Below are positions 9,092 to 17,960 of a stretch of 64,000 nt of DNA, piece by piece. A model generated the notes under the pieces. It worked only from the letters and a program-made list of their open reading frames with translations. It made no database searches and was not told the origin of the DNA. Each line of letters starts with the position of its first letter. Positions within the stretch are counted from its first letter, which is position 1. The DNA lies in assembly GCA_040883315.1 (NCBI GenBank), contig JBFLKU010000029.1:1-64000 (forward strand), read 5' to 3'. A program made the position numbers and the translations under genes. This stretch comes from Eubacteriales bacterium. GTDB lineage: Bacteria; Bacillota; Clostridia; Christensenellales; UMGS416.

Positions 9092-10189
9092 ATGGATAAG
9101 GATAATTCAGCTGCACTGCAAAACATTGAAGATGAATACAATAAACTGAATATAAAGAGAAATGATATAGAAATATGGGAAGACGGAATGCGAACCACCG
9201 GACAGAAGAATACTTTCGAATGGTGGTACACAGATGCGGAGTTTGAGGACGGCACTACAATTGTGGTGGTGTTTTTCACCAAGTTTGGCTTTGATGTGAA
9301 AGGCCCTGCCCACCCTACCGCTACAATAGATATCACATTGCCAGACGGCACCAAAATAATCCAGCAGGTGTGCGAGCAAAAAGGACAGGTGATAGATGCA
9401 TCCCGCAAAATGTGCGATGTGAAGGTGAAAGAGAGCTACATAAAATATATAGATGGTGACTACGAGCTTCAGTATAAGGATGAAAAAATAGAATACCGTG
9501 CCCATATGAAATCGCTGCTTCCCATGTGGAGACCGGAGACTGGGCATATGTTTTTCGGGAAAAAGCAGGAGGTCTTTTTTGCATGGATGCCGGCTCAGCC
9601 ATCCTGCAAAGTAGACGCCACCCTCTCGGTGGACGGCAAACAAAAAAACATAAAGGGCATAGGATACCACGACCACAACTGGGGAAATATATCCATGAAC
9701 AAGGTGATGAACCACTGGTACTGGGGCAGAGCAAATATTGGCGGCTACACCATAATAACCAGTGATATAATATCCGAGAAAAAATATGGATATAAAAGGC
9801 TTCCTATTTTTATGATAGCAAAAGACGGAAAAATAATAGAAACGGATTTGACCAAAACAAAAGTAATCCGTCAGGATACATATCAGCACGAAGTAACAGG
9901 CAAATTCATGGATAATCATCTAACCTTTATCAATTATCATGATGGTGCAGAATATAAAGTGGAATTTATGCGGAAAAGAGATATCGTGGCTGCCAGCCTG
10001 CTAGAACAGCTGCCTAAATCCAAAAGATTTATCGCAAAACTAATAGGTGCAAACCCCACCTATGTGAGGATACTGGGCGATGTGCGGCTGACTATCACAA
10101 AGGACGGCAAATCCGATGTGATAGAGCATGAGGGGCTATGGGAACAGATGTTTTTCGGCAGCAATAAGCATGCCATAATAAATCCATAG
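9092..10189 (+). CDS. CrtC/AttH-like lipocalin-fold protein (hydroxyneurosporene-synthase family domain)
   Basis: 'YHDHNWGN' and 'WYW' motifs as in CrtC/AttH-type proteins. GGAGG 6 nt before ATG 9092. Family call is tentative. Confidence 0.5.
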   Translation: MDKDNSAALQNIEDEYNKLNIKRNDIEIWEDGMRTTGQKNTFEWWYTDAEFEDGTTIVVVFFTKFGFDVKGPAHPTATIDITLPDGTKIIQQVCEQKGQVIDASRKMCDVKVKESYIKYIDGDYELQYKDEKIEYRAHMKSLLPMWRPETGHMFFGKKQEVFFAWMPAQPSCKVDATLSVDGKQKNIKGIGYHDHNWGNISMNKVMNHWYWGRANIGGYTIITSDIISEKKYGYKRLPIFMIAKDGKIIETDLTKTKVIRQDTYQHEVTGKFMDNHLTFINYHDGAEYKVEFMRKRDIVAASLLEQLPKSKRFIAKLIGANPTYVRILGDVRLTITKDGKSDVIEHEGLWEQMFFGSNKHAIINP

Positions 10190-10210
10190 CATAGAAATAT
10201 ATAAAATAAA

Positions 10211-10240
10211 AGACCCCTGTAAAGAGGTCATATTTTTATG
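10211..10240. terminator. Probable intrinsic terminator (imperfect stem plus T-run)
   Basis: GACCCCTgtaaAGAGGTC then ATATTTTTAT. One mismatch in the stem. Confidence 0.35.
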
Positions 10241-11036
10241 CTTCTTTTTGCTTTTTCTCTTTAGGCTCTTTTTCTTTGTCAGTATCTTTCAGCCCTCTTT
10301 TGTTGTTTATAATCATTGCTATAATTGCACCAACAAAGATGAATATTGAAATGAACTGGGATGTAGAAAGAACGCCTACGCTTCCTCTATAGTCAGCTCT
10401 GAAGAATTCAATAACGCTTCTGAACACACTATAAAGTATCAGGTACAGAAGTCCCACGTTGCCCGGTCTTTTGTTTTTTCTGGCATATATCAGCAGTATT
10501 GCAGCTATTGTAAAATTGCTGATGCTGGAATATATCTGGGTCGGCACCAACGGCACATTAATAGGCGCGATGTTTGCCTCGTGAAAAATTATGTGAAATA
10601 TAGACTCTGTCTCGCGACCATAGCAGCACCCTGCCCCTAGGCAGCCTATTCTGCCGAAGCCCTGTGCCAGTGCTATGGATGGCATAAACAAATCAAAGTG
10701 CTTTAGGAAGCTAATGCCTTTTTTCTTGCAGTATAAAAATGCTGAAAGTGCACCAAAGATGATGCCGCCGTACACTACAAATCCGCTTCCTGATAAAAGC
10801 AATCCAAATGGGTCACGCAAAAATGCCTTGAACTCCACTACCAAATACAGCAGCTTTGCTCCCAAAAAGCCAGTGATTATGGCTATAATCATTAAATTGA
10901 AAACCAGATCTCCATCCAGCCCTTGCTTTTTGCCTCTGTAGTCTGCCAGCAAAATAGCTGCCAGCAGCCCTATTGCTATCATCAGCCCATATCCGTGAAC
11001 TGTGATTGGACCTACCTTAAATACCTCGTAAAACAT
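10236..11036 (-). CDS. lgt: Prolipoprotein diacylglyceryl transferase
   Basis: 'GLMIAIG', 'G.IFGA' and the signature 'FGRIGC..AGCCYG'. Polytopic membrane protein with a lysine-rich tail. Confidence 0.9.
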   Translation of the reverse strand: MFYEVFKVGPITVHGYGLMIAIGLLAAILLADYRGKKQGLDGDLVFNLMIIAIITGFLGAKLLYLVVEFKAFLRDPFGLLLSGSGFVVYGGIIFGALSAFLYCKKKGISFLKHFDLFMPSIALAQGFGRIGCLGAGCCYGRETESIFHIIFHEANIAPINVPLVPTQIYSSISNFTIAAILLIYARKNKRPGNVGLLYLILYSVFRSVIEFFRADYRGSVGVLSTSQFISIFIFVGAIIAMIINNKRGLKDTDKEKEPKEKKQKEA

Positions 11037-11133
11037 ATTGTCTCCTTGTTCTGTAACGCTTCGTTTATTGTATCATACTTTTTGCTAAATTTCATTATAC
11101 ACAGCAAATATGTTTTTTATATGTAAAAAGCTA

Positions 11134-11162
11134 TTGACAAACAAAAAAATAAACATTATACT
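11134..11162 (+). promoter_or_regulatory. Sigma-70-type promoter TTGACA-17-TATACT
   Basis: Consensus -35, exact 17-nt spacer. Upstream of the TetR-flavodoxin-FMN operon. Confidence 0.45.
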
Positions 11163-11193
11163 TAACATTGTTAATTAATTTAACTATGTTAAG
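11161..11193. promoter_or_regulatory. Inverted repeat CTTAACAT-N17-ATGTTAAG overlapping +1, a candidate TetR auto-operator
   Basis: Perfect 8-bp arms immediately downstream of the -10 and upstream of the TetR RBS. Confidence 0.35.
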
Positions 11194-11222
11194 TAATTAT
11201 ACTACTGTTAAAGGAGAGGCAC

Positions 11223-11807
11223 ATGGAGAAAAAATCTGTAAAGCAGCAGAGAGTGGAATCGTATTTTATAGATGCCGCAAAAAAGATAATAAAAGATGAA
11301 GGAGTGCACAGCGTGTCCGTTCGTAAAATAGCCGAGCTTTCCGGATATTCCTATGGCTCTATATATAATTATTATGCGGATTTAGATGAGCTATTATTTA
11401 ATGTAAAAAACTCCATGATATACGATATGGTGGGCATTATGCAGGAATACGACAGCGACCGCAAGCCCAGCCTGCAGGATTTGAAAGAGGGCAACAGGCG
11501 ATTTATCACCTACTTTATCGAGAACCCGAATGTATACGAATTTTTCTACACCTTCCCTATCAAAAAGCAGGGCAATACGCCCATGGATGATGTCAGCTTC
11601 GACGAAAACAGAACCAAAGCCTATATGGGATTTGTAGAGGATGGCATAATCACTATGGAGGAGCTGCCTACCGTCATCATGACTGTGATTTGCAGCATAT
11701 TTGGGCTGCTTACCTTGTATTTCTCGTCCAACGGAATGACCAAGGAACAGGTGTATGAAAGCATCGACAACATAACAGAGAATTTATTAAAAGGAGATAA
11801 AAAATGA
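11223..11807 (+). CDS. TetR/AcrR family transcriptional regulator
   Basis: HTH 'VRKIAELSGYSYGSIYNYYADLDELL'. AGGAGAGG RBS. Confidence 0.85.
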   Translation: MEKKSVKQQRVESYFIDAAKKIIKDEGVHSVSVRKIAELSGYSYGSIYNYYADLDELLFNVKNSMIYDMVGIMQEYDSDRKPSLQDLKEGNRRFITYFIENPNVYEFFYTFPIKKQGNTPMDDVSFDENRTKAYMGFVEDGIITMEELPTVIMTVICSIFGLLTLYFSSNGMTKEQVYESIDNITENLLKGDKK

Positions 11808-12268
11808 ACATAGGTATTTTGATACATTCCGATACCGGCAACACATTGTCTGTGGCTCAGAGGATACAGGAGCAGCTAGAGAAAGACGGACATACAGCAA
11901 AAATAGAAAAAGTGACCGCTATAAAAGGCGATCCAAAAAACGGACTGCATTCCACATTATCCAGCATCCCCAAAATAGAGGGCTATGACAAAATAATAGT
12001 CGGCGCACCTATCAATGGGTTTGCACTGAGCAGAGCCATGAAAGAATATCTGGCTCTGCATGGTGAATTTCAAAACAAAGACGTAAACTGCTTTGTAACA
12101 CAGCACTTCAAGCGATCGTTTCTGGGCGGAAACCAAGGCATAAAGTACATGCTAGGCACTATCAGGGCAAGAGGCGGCAAAATAAAAAGCACTGCAGTAG
12201 TCCACTGGTCATCATTAAAAAGAGATGCCGAAATAAAAGAAGCTATAGAAGCTATGGCTGACATATAG
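11804..12268 (+). CDS. Flavodoxin-family protein
   Basis: N-terminal 'IGILIHSDTGNT' FMN-phosphate loop. 4-nt overlap with the upstream TetR. Confidence 0.8.
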   Translation: MNIGILIHSDTGNTLSVAQRIQEQLEKDGHTAKIEKVTAIKGDPKNGLHSTLSSIPKIEGYDKIIVGAPINGFALSRAMKEYLALHGEFQNKDVNCFVTQHFKRSFLGGNQGIKYMLGTIRARGGKIKSTAVVHWSSLKRDAEIKEAIEAMADI

Positions 12269-12276
12269 GAGGAAAC

Positions 12277-12660
12277 ATGAAAAAAGCATTAAAAACAGTA
12301 CTGTTTGTTATACTCGGTATAATAGCGTTGGGGCTGGTTTTGGCGGGCTTCGGCACTCTTGGTCTAAAGGAAGCAACGGCACTGGAGATTGCGGCTATTG
12401 ATTTATCACAGGTGCCCGACGGCAAATACGAGGGCAGCTATCAAAACGGTCGCTGGAGCAACGACGTGGAGGTGACGGTGAAGGACAGCAGCATAGAGGA
12501 CATTCGGATTATAAAGTCTGGTAACTCATCGCAGATAGCTGTGCTGGAAGAGATATCAAATGCCGTGATTGAACAGCAAAAGGTGAATATAGACGCCGTA
12601 TCCGGTGCCACAGCCACTACGAATTCTTTGCTGAAAGCTATAGAGAATGCATTTGAATAA
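12277..12660 (+). CDS. FMN-binding domain protein (membrane-anchored)
   Basis: Signal anchor plus 'DAVSGATATTNSL' FMN_bind motif, as in RnfG/NqrC. Confidence 0.75.
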   Translation: MKKALKTVLFVILGIIALGLVLAGFGTLGLKEATALEIAAIDLSQVPDGKYEGSYQNGRWSNDVEVTVKDSSIEDIRIIKSGNSSQIAVLEEISNAVIEQQKVNIDAVSGATATTNSLLKAIENAFE

Positions 12661-12670
12661 TAAAATTAAG

Positions 12671-12697
12671 CACAGGATTTATATCCTGTGTTTTTTT
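12671..12697 (+). terminator. Intrinsic terminator
   Basis: CACAGGAT-ttatat-ATCCTGTG then TTTTTTT. Confidence 0.75.
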
Positions 12698-12710
12698 CAT
12701 GGTGGCTTGT

Positions 12711-13523
12711 TCAGTATTCTTTAAGGCGTGCCATTGCATCATCTACTATTTTTCTGGTCTCTAAAAAATTATATGCACAGAAAACCAAAATTACAGCATT
12801 GGAAATAGAATCGAAAAGCCCATAAAACACATAAGATGCTGCCTCTTTTAGATAGCTATCTGCTGTTAATGCAGATTTATCAATCCCCATCTCGCTCAAT
12901 GTATCATCTGACAAGCTTTCCAGCTCTACAGTGGCGTCCAGCTCTGCTACATACACTTCCATCTCGCTTATATCTGTAGTATCCTCTGTATACCACGGAA
13001 ATAGTGCAAACTCAAGAACCATAAATATGGCTGCCAAAGCTGCTACTTTCAGGAATATGCTTTTCGTTTCATTTGTTGCCATGTCTATAGCGTCTGCAAA
13101 GCTGTGAGTAGAAATTACAGCTATAAGTGCAACCGCCTCGAATGTCATTATGACGAAATCCCAGACAAAAATATATGCGCCTACTATTCTGTAGCCATAT
13201 ATTAAACCAAAAGCTTTTATCCAAGGCAGAATTAACCTTGTAATAATGATTATAATAAGAACCTTAAGTGTATTTTTGAACAATCCTTTTGAAAACCAAT
13301 TATCGCTTATGTCTCCATTGCACGCTTCAAAGGTATATGTGACAAAGGGACCCATCAGCAATATTATAAATATCATTTTAATAATAGCCGCACTGGTAGT
13401 ATAGTCCATATACTCACCTGCAAATATCCCTGCCAGCATATACGGCACCATTCCTATTACCAGCGACAAAAGCAAAATCCATGGCTTTGTTAAAAGCGTC
13501 ATAAGTGTTTTTCTTATTATCAT
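12711..13523 (-). CDS. Hypothetical polytopic membrane protein with an acidic C-terminal region
   Basis: Multiple TM helices and a codon usage consistent with neighbours. No family recognised. Confidence 0.55.
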   Translation of the reverse strand: MIIRKTLMTLLTKPWILLLSLVIGMVPYMLAGIFAGEYMDYTTSAAIIKMIFIILLMGPFVTYTFEACNGDISDNWFSKGLFKNTLKVLIIIIITRLILPWIKAFGLIYGYRIVGAYIFVWDFVIMTFEAVALIAVISTHSFADAIDMATNETKSIFLKVAALAAIFMVLEFALFPWYTEDTTDISEMEVYVAELDATVELESLSDDTLSEMGIDKSALTADSYLKEAASYVFYGLFDSISNAVILVFCAYNFLETRKIVDDAMARLKEY

Positions 13524-13588
13524 TTTATCCCTCTTTGTAATAATACCCCCGCTTTCGCAGGGGCATATTTTCTATTTTATAGTTTTTA

Positions 13589-15049
13589 CTATTTTTTTGG
13601 TTCTGTATCTTCTGGCTGCTCCGGTGCAGGCTCAGCTGATGCTGGCTCCTCCACAGTCTGCAGTGCAGTCTCTGTCACGTCTTCTGCATTGGCTGTGCCC
13701 TTTTGCTTGCCTAGGAATGACGGCAAATCCATGCCTGCCATTTCAAATAGCTCGTTCATAGGTGGGATAGACTTTGCCATGCCGGACAAGAAATTGGCTG
13801 TGGCAGGTGCTCCGCCTTTGCCGCCCATTGTGTCCCAAACGGTTACCTTATCTATCTTCAGGTTCTTAATAGCCTCCACCTGTACTCTTACCAGCTCTTC
13901 CAGCTTGTCAGCCACAATCAGCTTTACTGCTTGGTCTGCATTGCCGCCGGCTGCCTGCACTATTCGTCCGAAACCTTCAGCCTGCTTCATCAGTATTTCC
14001 TGAATACCACGAGCCTCTGCCTCCATCTTTGCGAACATAGCATCTGCTTCACCTTTTGCCATCAGTCTGGTTTTCTCGGCTTGGGCTGCTGCTGCTATCT
14101 CTGCCTGGCGTTTTGCTATCTCTGCAGATACGATGATATCAGCTTCTTTTGTTGCCTGCTCTCTGCGTGCTCTGGCAGTTTCTGATATTTGCTCTGCTTT
14201 GTATGATTCTTCCTGTGCCATAGCGTTTTGAACACGCTCTGCTGCAATAGCCTGACGCTCTGCCTCAGCCAGCTTTTCACGGCGGTTTGCCTCGGAATTG
14301 GCAACGGTGATTTTAGCCATGTTTTCACCTTCTACAGCTTTTGCATTTGCCTCTGCCACGCGGATACGCTGATCCTGCAATGCCACTGCTTCGCCGATAG
14401 AGCCGTCTCTTGTTTTCTCTGCCACGCTCTTTTTAGCGTCGTTGATGGCCTTTGCTGCTGCTTCTTTACCCAATGCTTCGATGTAGCCTGATTCATCCTT
14501 GATGTCGGTTACGTTAACGTTGATTAGGCGAAGACCGATTTTTTGCAGCTCGGATTCCACGTTGCGTGAAACTGCCGCTAGGAATTTATCACGGTCTGTG
14601 TTGATTTCTTCGATATCCATTGTAGCAACAACCAGACGCAGCTGACCAAATATAATATCCTTTGCAAGTTCCTCTATCTCATTTTGGCGAAGGCCCAGCA
14701 GACGCTCAGCAGCATTTTGCATGATGCCATTCTCTGTGGATATACCAACTGTGAAACGTGATGGAACGTCTATTCTGATGTTTTGCTTACTCAGCGCATT
14801 TGTCAGATTTACGTTGATGGATATTGGTGTCAGGCTCAGGAATTCATAGTGCTGAATGATAGGCCAGATAAAAGCCGCACCACCGTGAATACATTTGGCG
14901 CTCTTGTTTACGCCGCCTGATGTTCTGCCTACTTTACCGTAGATAACCAAGATTTTGTCGGAAGGACATTTTTTATATCTGGATAACAGTGATAAAAATG
15001 TTCCTAATAATAGTATAACAACTACTACTATTAATACTAATGTGTCCAT
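13589..15049 (-). CDS. Flotillin-family protein (SPFH/band-7 domain, FloT/YuaG-like)
   Basis: N-terminal TM, SPFH domain, then a long Ala/Glu-rich coiled-coil 'AEAERQAIAAERVQNA...'. Typical flotillin architecture. Confidence 0.85.
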   Translation of the reverse strand: MDTLVLIVVVVILLLGTFLSLLSRYKKCPSDKILVIYGKVGRTSGGVNKSAKCIHGGAAFIWPIIQHYEFLSLTPISINVNLTNALSKQNIRIDVPSRFTVGISTENGIMQNAAERLLGLRQNEIEELAKDIIFGQLRLVVATMDIEEINTDRDKFLAAVSRNVESELQKIGLRLINVNVTDIKDESGYIEALGKEAAAKAINDAKKSVAEKTRDGSIGEAVALQDQRIRVAEANAKAVEGENMAKITVANSEANRREKLAEAERQAIAAERVQNAMAQEESYKAEQISETARARREQATKEADIIVSAEIAKRQAEIAAAAQAEKTRLMAKGEADAMFAKMEAEARGIQEILMKQAEGFGRIVQAAGGNADQAVKLIVADKLEELVRVQVEAIKNLKIDKVTVWDTMGGKGGAPATANFLSGMAKSIPPMNELFEMAGMDLPSFLGKQKGTANAEDVTETALQTVEEPASAEPAPEQPEDTEPKK

Positions 15050-15084
15050 GTAATAACCTCTTCTTTCATATAATAAATTTTATT

Positions 15085-15747
15085 TTATTCATCTATTGCT
15101 TTTACGACCAAAGTGGACAGCCCCACGATGCCAACCACCTGCACCATGTCGCCTGTGGCGTGCTTTTTGCCGTCGTTGGCTACAGCCGATGCCTCCACTA
15201 GCCTGTCCTGAATGACCACCTGCACCTTGCCCTTAAATCCGTTTTCTTTTAGCAATGGGATATACACCTCGGCAGTCTGACCTATGGCATTTTTATAGTC
15301 TATGTTTCCGCTGGACTGGAGCCTGGCTGTGATATAGAAAAGATAGCCAATAATAAACATAGCAAACAATCCTGCAAGCACTGCTATAAATATTGCAAGT
15401 GCTGTGTTCATGCCTTTGCCAAGGAGCACTATGCCCGTCCATGGGAAAACTGTGAGAAATGCGATAACAGTTCTGAAAGATACAAACCTGAAATCTGTAT
15501 TCCCAAAATCTGCGGCGTCTGCATCTGTGCCGTCTGCGTGGAAATCCGCCGTGTCCATGTCGCCATCGATATCCATATCGCCATCGAAGTCTATGTCTCC
15601 GTCAGCGTCGCCCACGTCCACATCGCTGTCGCCGGTCAGCCCTATCACCGACAATATAAACTGAATGGCCAACACCAAAGTAGAAGGTATTGCCACATAA
15701 TAAAAGAACTGCTCAAGGGTAGTAAGTGCTTCCCACCATGCTGACAT
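15085..15747 (-). CDS. NfeD-family membrane protein (YuaF-like), partner of flotillin
   Basis: TM segments, Asp-rich linker and a C-terminal OB-fold-like tail. AGGAGA RBS 7 nt before ATG 15747 (track ORF extends to 15795). Gene order nfeD-flotillin as in yuaF-floT. Confidence 0.75.
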   Translation of the reverse strand: MSAWWEALTTLEQFFYYVAIPSTLVLAIQFILSVIGLTGDSDVDVGDADGDIDFDGDMDIDGDMDTADFHADGTDADAADFGNTDFRFVSFRTVIAFLTVFPWTGIVLLGKGMNTALAIFIAVLAGLFAMFIIGYLFYITARLQSSGNIDYKNAIGQTAEVYIPLLKENGFKGKVQVVIQDRLVEASAVANDGKKHATGDMVQVVGIVGLSTLVVKAIDE

Positions 15748-16173
15748 AATCTCATCTCCTCTTACATAAAAAGTCGCTACGCCGATAATCTCCAATTTTA
15801 TTTTAAATTGAGTTTTTATACAATATTATGGTCTATTGGCATATTGTATCATTATACCATAGTGAATATCCGCTTTCAATTCTGAAAGACTGATAATATG
15901 TGTCTATGTTATACAAAATTGTATTTGATTTGACAGGGAATTTTTTGGATTGATTTCATATGTTGCTTCTCAACATTCCTGTCAGTCCAAATATCTCCAC
16001 GCGAAGAATGGCTCTTCAAGCATAAAATATCATATAATGCCAAATAAGATATGTTTTATTTACGACTGTTGCACAACAAATAGTTTAATGGTAAAATATA
16101 TATAATGTTAAATTTTATTGATGTTTAACAATGTAAATCTCAAAATCAACTAATATTTTATTGGAGGAAAAAT

Positions 16174-16419
16174 ATGAGTACTAATAAAAAATTCGCGTTA
16201 AAATGTAGTGTTTGTGGCAATATTAATTTTGAATATGATGAAAAATTATACTCATCTATTACAGAGGCAAGTAAAGTAAAATGTACTATTTGCAACAAAG
16301 AATATTCAAAAAAAGAATTAGAAGATGCTAACTTGAATTTAATTAGAGAGGAAGTAATTGAGTTATCAAAAGATGAACTTAAAAGAGCTCTAAAGAATTC
16401 AGGATTCAAGATTAAATAA
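16174..16419 (+). CDS. Small zinc-ribbon protein (2x CxxC) with a C-terminal coiled-coil, AT-rich cassette gene 1
   Basis: 'KCSVCGN...KVKCTICNK'. GGAGG RBS. Very low GC. Confidence 0.55.
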   Translation: MSTNKKFALKCSVCGNINFEYDEKLYSSITEASKVKCTICNKEYSKKELEDANLNLIREEVIELSKDELKRALKNSGFKIK

Positions 16420-16429
16420 GGAGATAAAA

Positions 16430-16960
16430 ATGTCATTTGATTGGCAAATTTCAGTTGGAGATATTATCGCATTTGTATCACTAATTGGTTCAATAATCAT
16501 GTTTGTTCTTACTACAATTAAGCAAACCAAGAGTAAAAGTAATGCTGAGGGAGCAAGCTCTTTCAATGATGCTGCTAAGAAATATTACGAATTAATGGTA
16601 GATATTACACCAAAGCTTCTGAATAGAACTAAGGTAGAAGAAAAAAAGGAAAAAGCAGAATGCGATGCAGCTGTTGTTAGAACGGGTAAGTCAAAATGGG
16701 TGATTAAAATATTTAATAAAGGCAATTCTAATGCTAATAATGTCGCTTTTAAATATTTATCCGAAGACGGTCCCGCAATTATAGGCTCAGTTAAAGAAAT
16801 TTTCCCAATTGAGTTAATTGAGCCACAAAAAAATGTAGACTATCATTTTATGGTATTTATGAGCACTAAAAGCTCTAGTTGGAAATATGAACTTACTTGG
16901 ACAAATGATGATGGTACTCCAGGAAGCAAAAAAGGCGTAATAACCTTACCTCTAACATAA
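16430..16960 (+). CDS. Hypothetical membrane-anchored protein, AT-rich cassette gene 2
   Basis: AAGGAG RBS, one N-terminal TM and a beta-rich C-terminal domain. 10-nt gap from gene 1. Confidence 0.55.
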   Translation: MSFDWQISVGDIIAFVSLIGSIIMFVLTTIKQTKSKSNAEGASSFNDAAKKYYELMVDITPKLLNRTKVEEKKEKAECDAAVVRTGKSKWVIKIFNKGNSNANNVAFKYLSEDGPAIIGSVKEIFPIELIEPQKNVDYHFMVFMSTKSSSWKYELTWTNDDGTPGSKKGVITLPLT

Positions 16961-16982
16961 TATTACAGTAAATTATCAAAAT

Positions 16983-17048
16983 ATGAACTGAGGGATTTTC
17001 AAGGGACAAGTCCCTTGAACAGGGCATGGGGCAGAGCCCCATAACAAT
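16983..17048 (+). repeat. Dispersed double-hairpin element, copy A
   Basis: ATGAACTGAGGGAT..CAAGGGACaaGTCCCTTG..GGGGCAGAGCCCC. Homologous to copies at 39491 and 58371. Confidence 0.5.
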
Positions 17049-17128
17049 CTTTCTTGGCTCTCGGTATGTTTTTTCAAAACATTCCTGTCGCCCAGCGTAT
17101 TCCCTTTGGGAATTACTTGCCCTAATAA

Positions 17129-17704
17129 CTATTCCTTAATCAAATCCTTCCAATACACATGTCCATATTCAAATTCATTAATCTTTACAAACCCGGTCTT
17201 TTCATACATGCCCACTGTGCCCCTATAGTGCTTTTGACTGAATCCATCTGCTTTTATAGGCAGTGCCATTATGGCATCAAAACCCTGATTTTTAAAATCC
17301 TGTATTGCCGCATCCAGCAGGCTTGATGCTACGCCCATGTTTCTGTATTCCGGATGAATAACATAGCATATCACTATGCCTACCTTTTTGTCGCCTACTA
17401 CATCTGAAACATAAGGATGCAGCCGCTTGTAGCTGCTCCAGTGGTTGGCATTCAGCCAGCCGATGCACTTTTCACCTTCGTATGCCAAAAATCCCGTCAT
17501 CTCGCCGGCATCTATTGCATCTATCGTTTCTTTTTTATTGGTCTCCCCTGTTCTTTGCTTCCAGTCGTCCATGTCTGTATCCAGATGATAGAACCTGCAG
17601 AAGCACGTAGAATAAAATGGCTCGTGGCTGAAATCCAGATTTTCATAATACTCCGCGAAATCTTTGCCCATGCCTTTTTTCACCTTTGTTATTTTTATAT
17701 CCAT
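17129..17704 (-). CDS. GNAT-family N-acetyltransferase
   Basis: 'IHPEYRNMGVASSLLDAAI' acetyl-CoA binding motif A. Confidence 0.85.
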   Translation of the reverse strand: MDIKITKVKKGMGKDFAEYYENLDFSHEPFYSTCFCRFYHLDTDMDDWKQRTGETNKKETIDAIDAGEMTGFLAYEGEKCIGWLNANHWSSYKRLHPYVSDVVGDKKVGIVICYVIHPEYRNMGVASSLLDAAIQDFKNQGFDAIMALPIKADGFSQKHYRGTVGMYEKTGFVKINEFEYGHVYWKDLIKE

Positions 17705-17960
17705 AATTCCTCCTTATATGCCAATAAATTTCATAAGAAAATTATATCATAGATTTCATAATTCTATAATTAAAATACAATTTATTTCCATTTTTAGCTC
17801 CATTTTAACGTTTTTTATTAATAATTTATCATATTTCGTATATTATTTAATGTTTTATTTAAAATTATTATTGACAAACATAAATTGATGTTGTATGATT
17901 TGCTCATAAAGTTAATATTAACGAGAAATAAAAAACAAAAAATATAAGAGGAAAAAGCAA

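Noticed and set aside
9107-9919. 270-aa minus-strand ORF antisense to the CrtC/AttH-like gene
   Set aside because: The + strand gene has an RBS and recognisable motifs (YHDHNWG). The minus ORF translation is low-complexity and Cys/His/Phe-rich with no start context.
16983-17048. Dispersed double-hairpin elements considered as integron attC sites
   Set aside because: No intI integrase or attI in the window. Elements lack recognisable R''/R' core sites (RYYYAAC / GTTRRRY). Spacing between copies is tens of kb.
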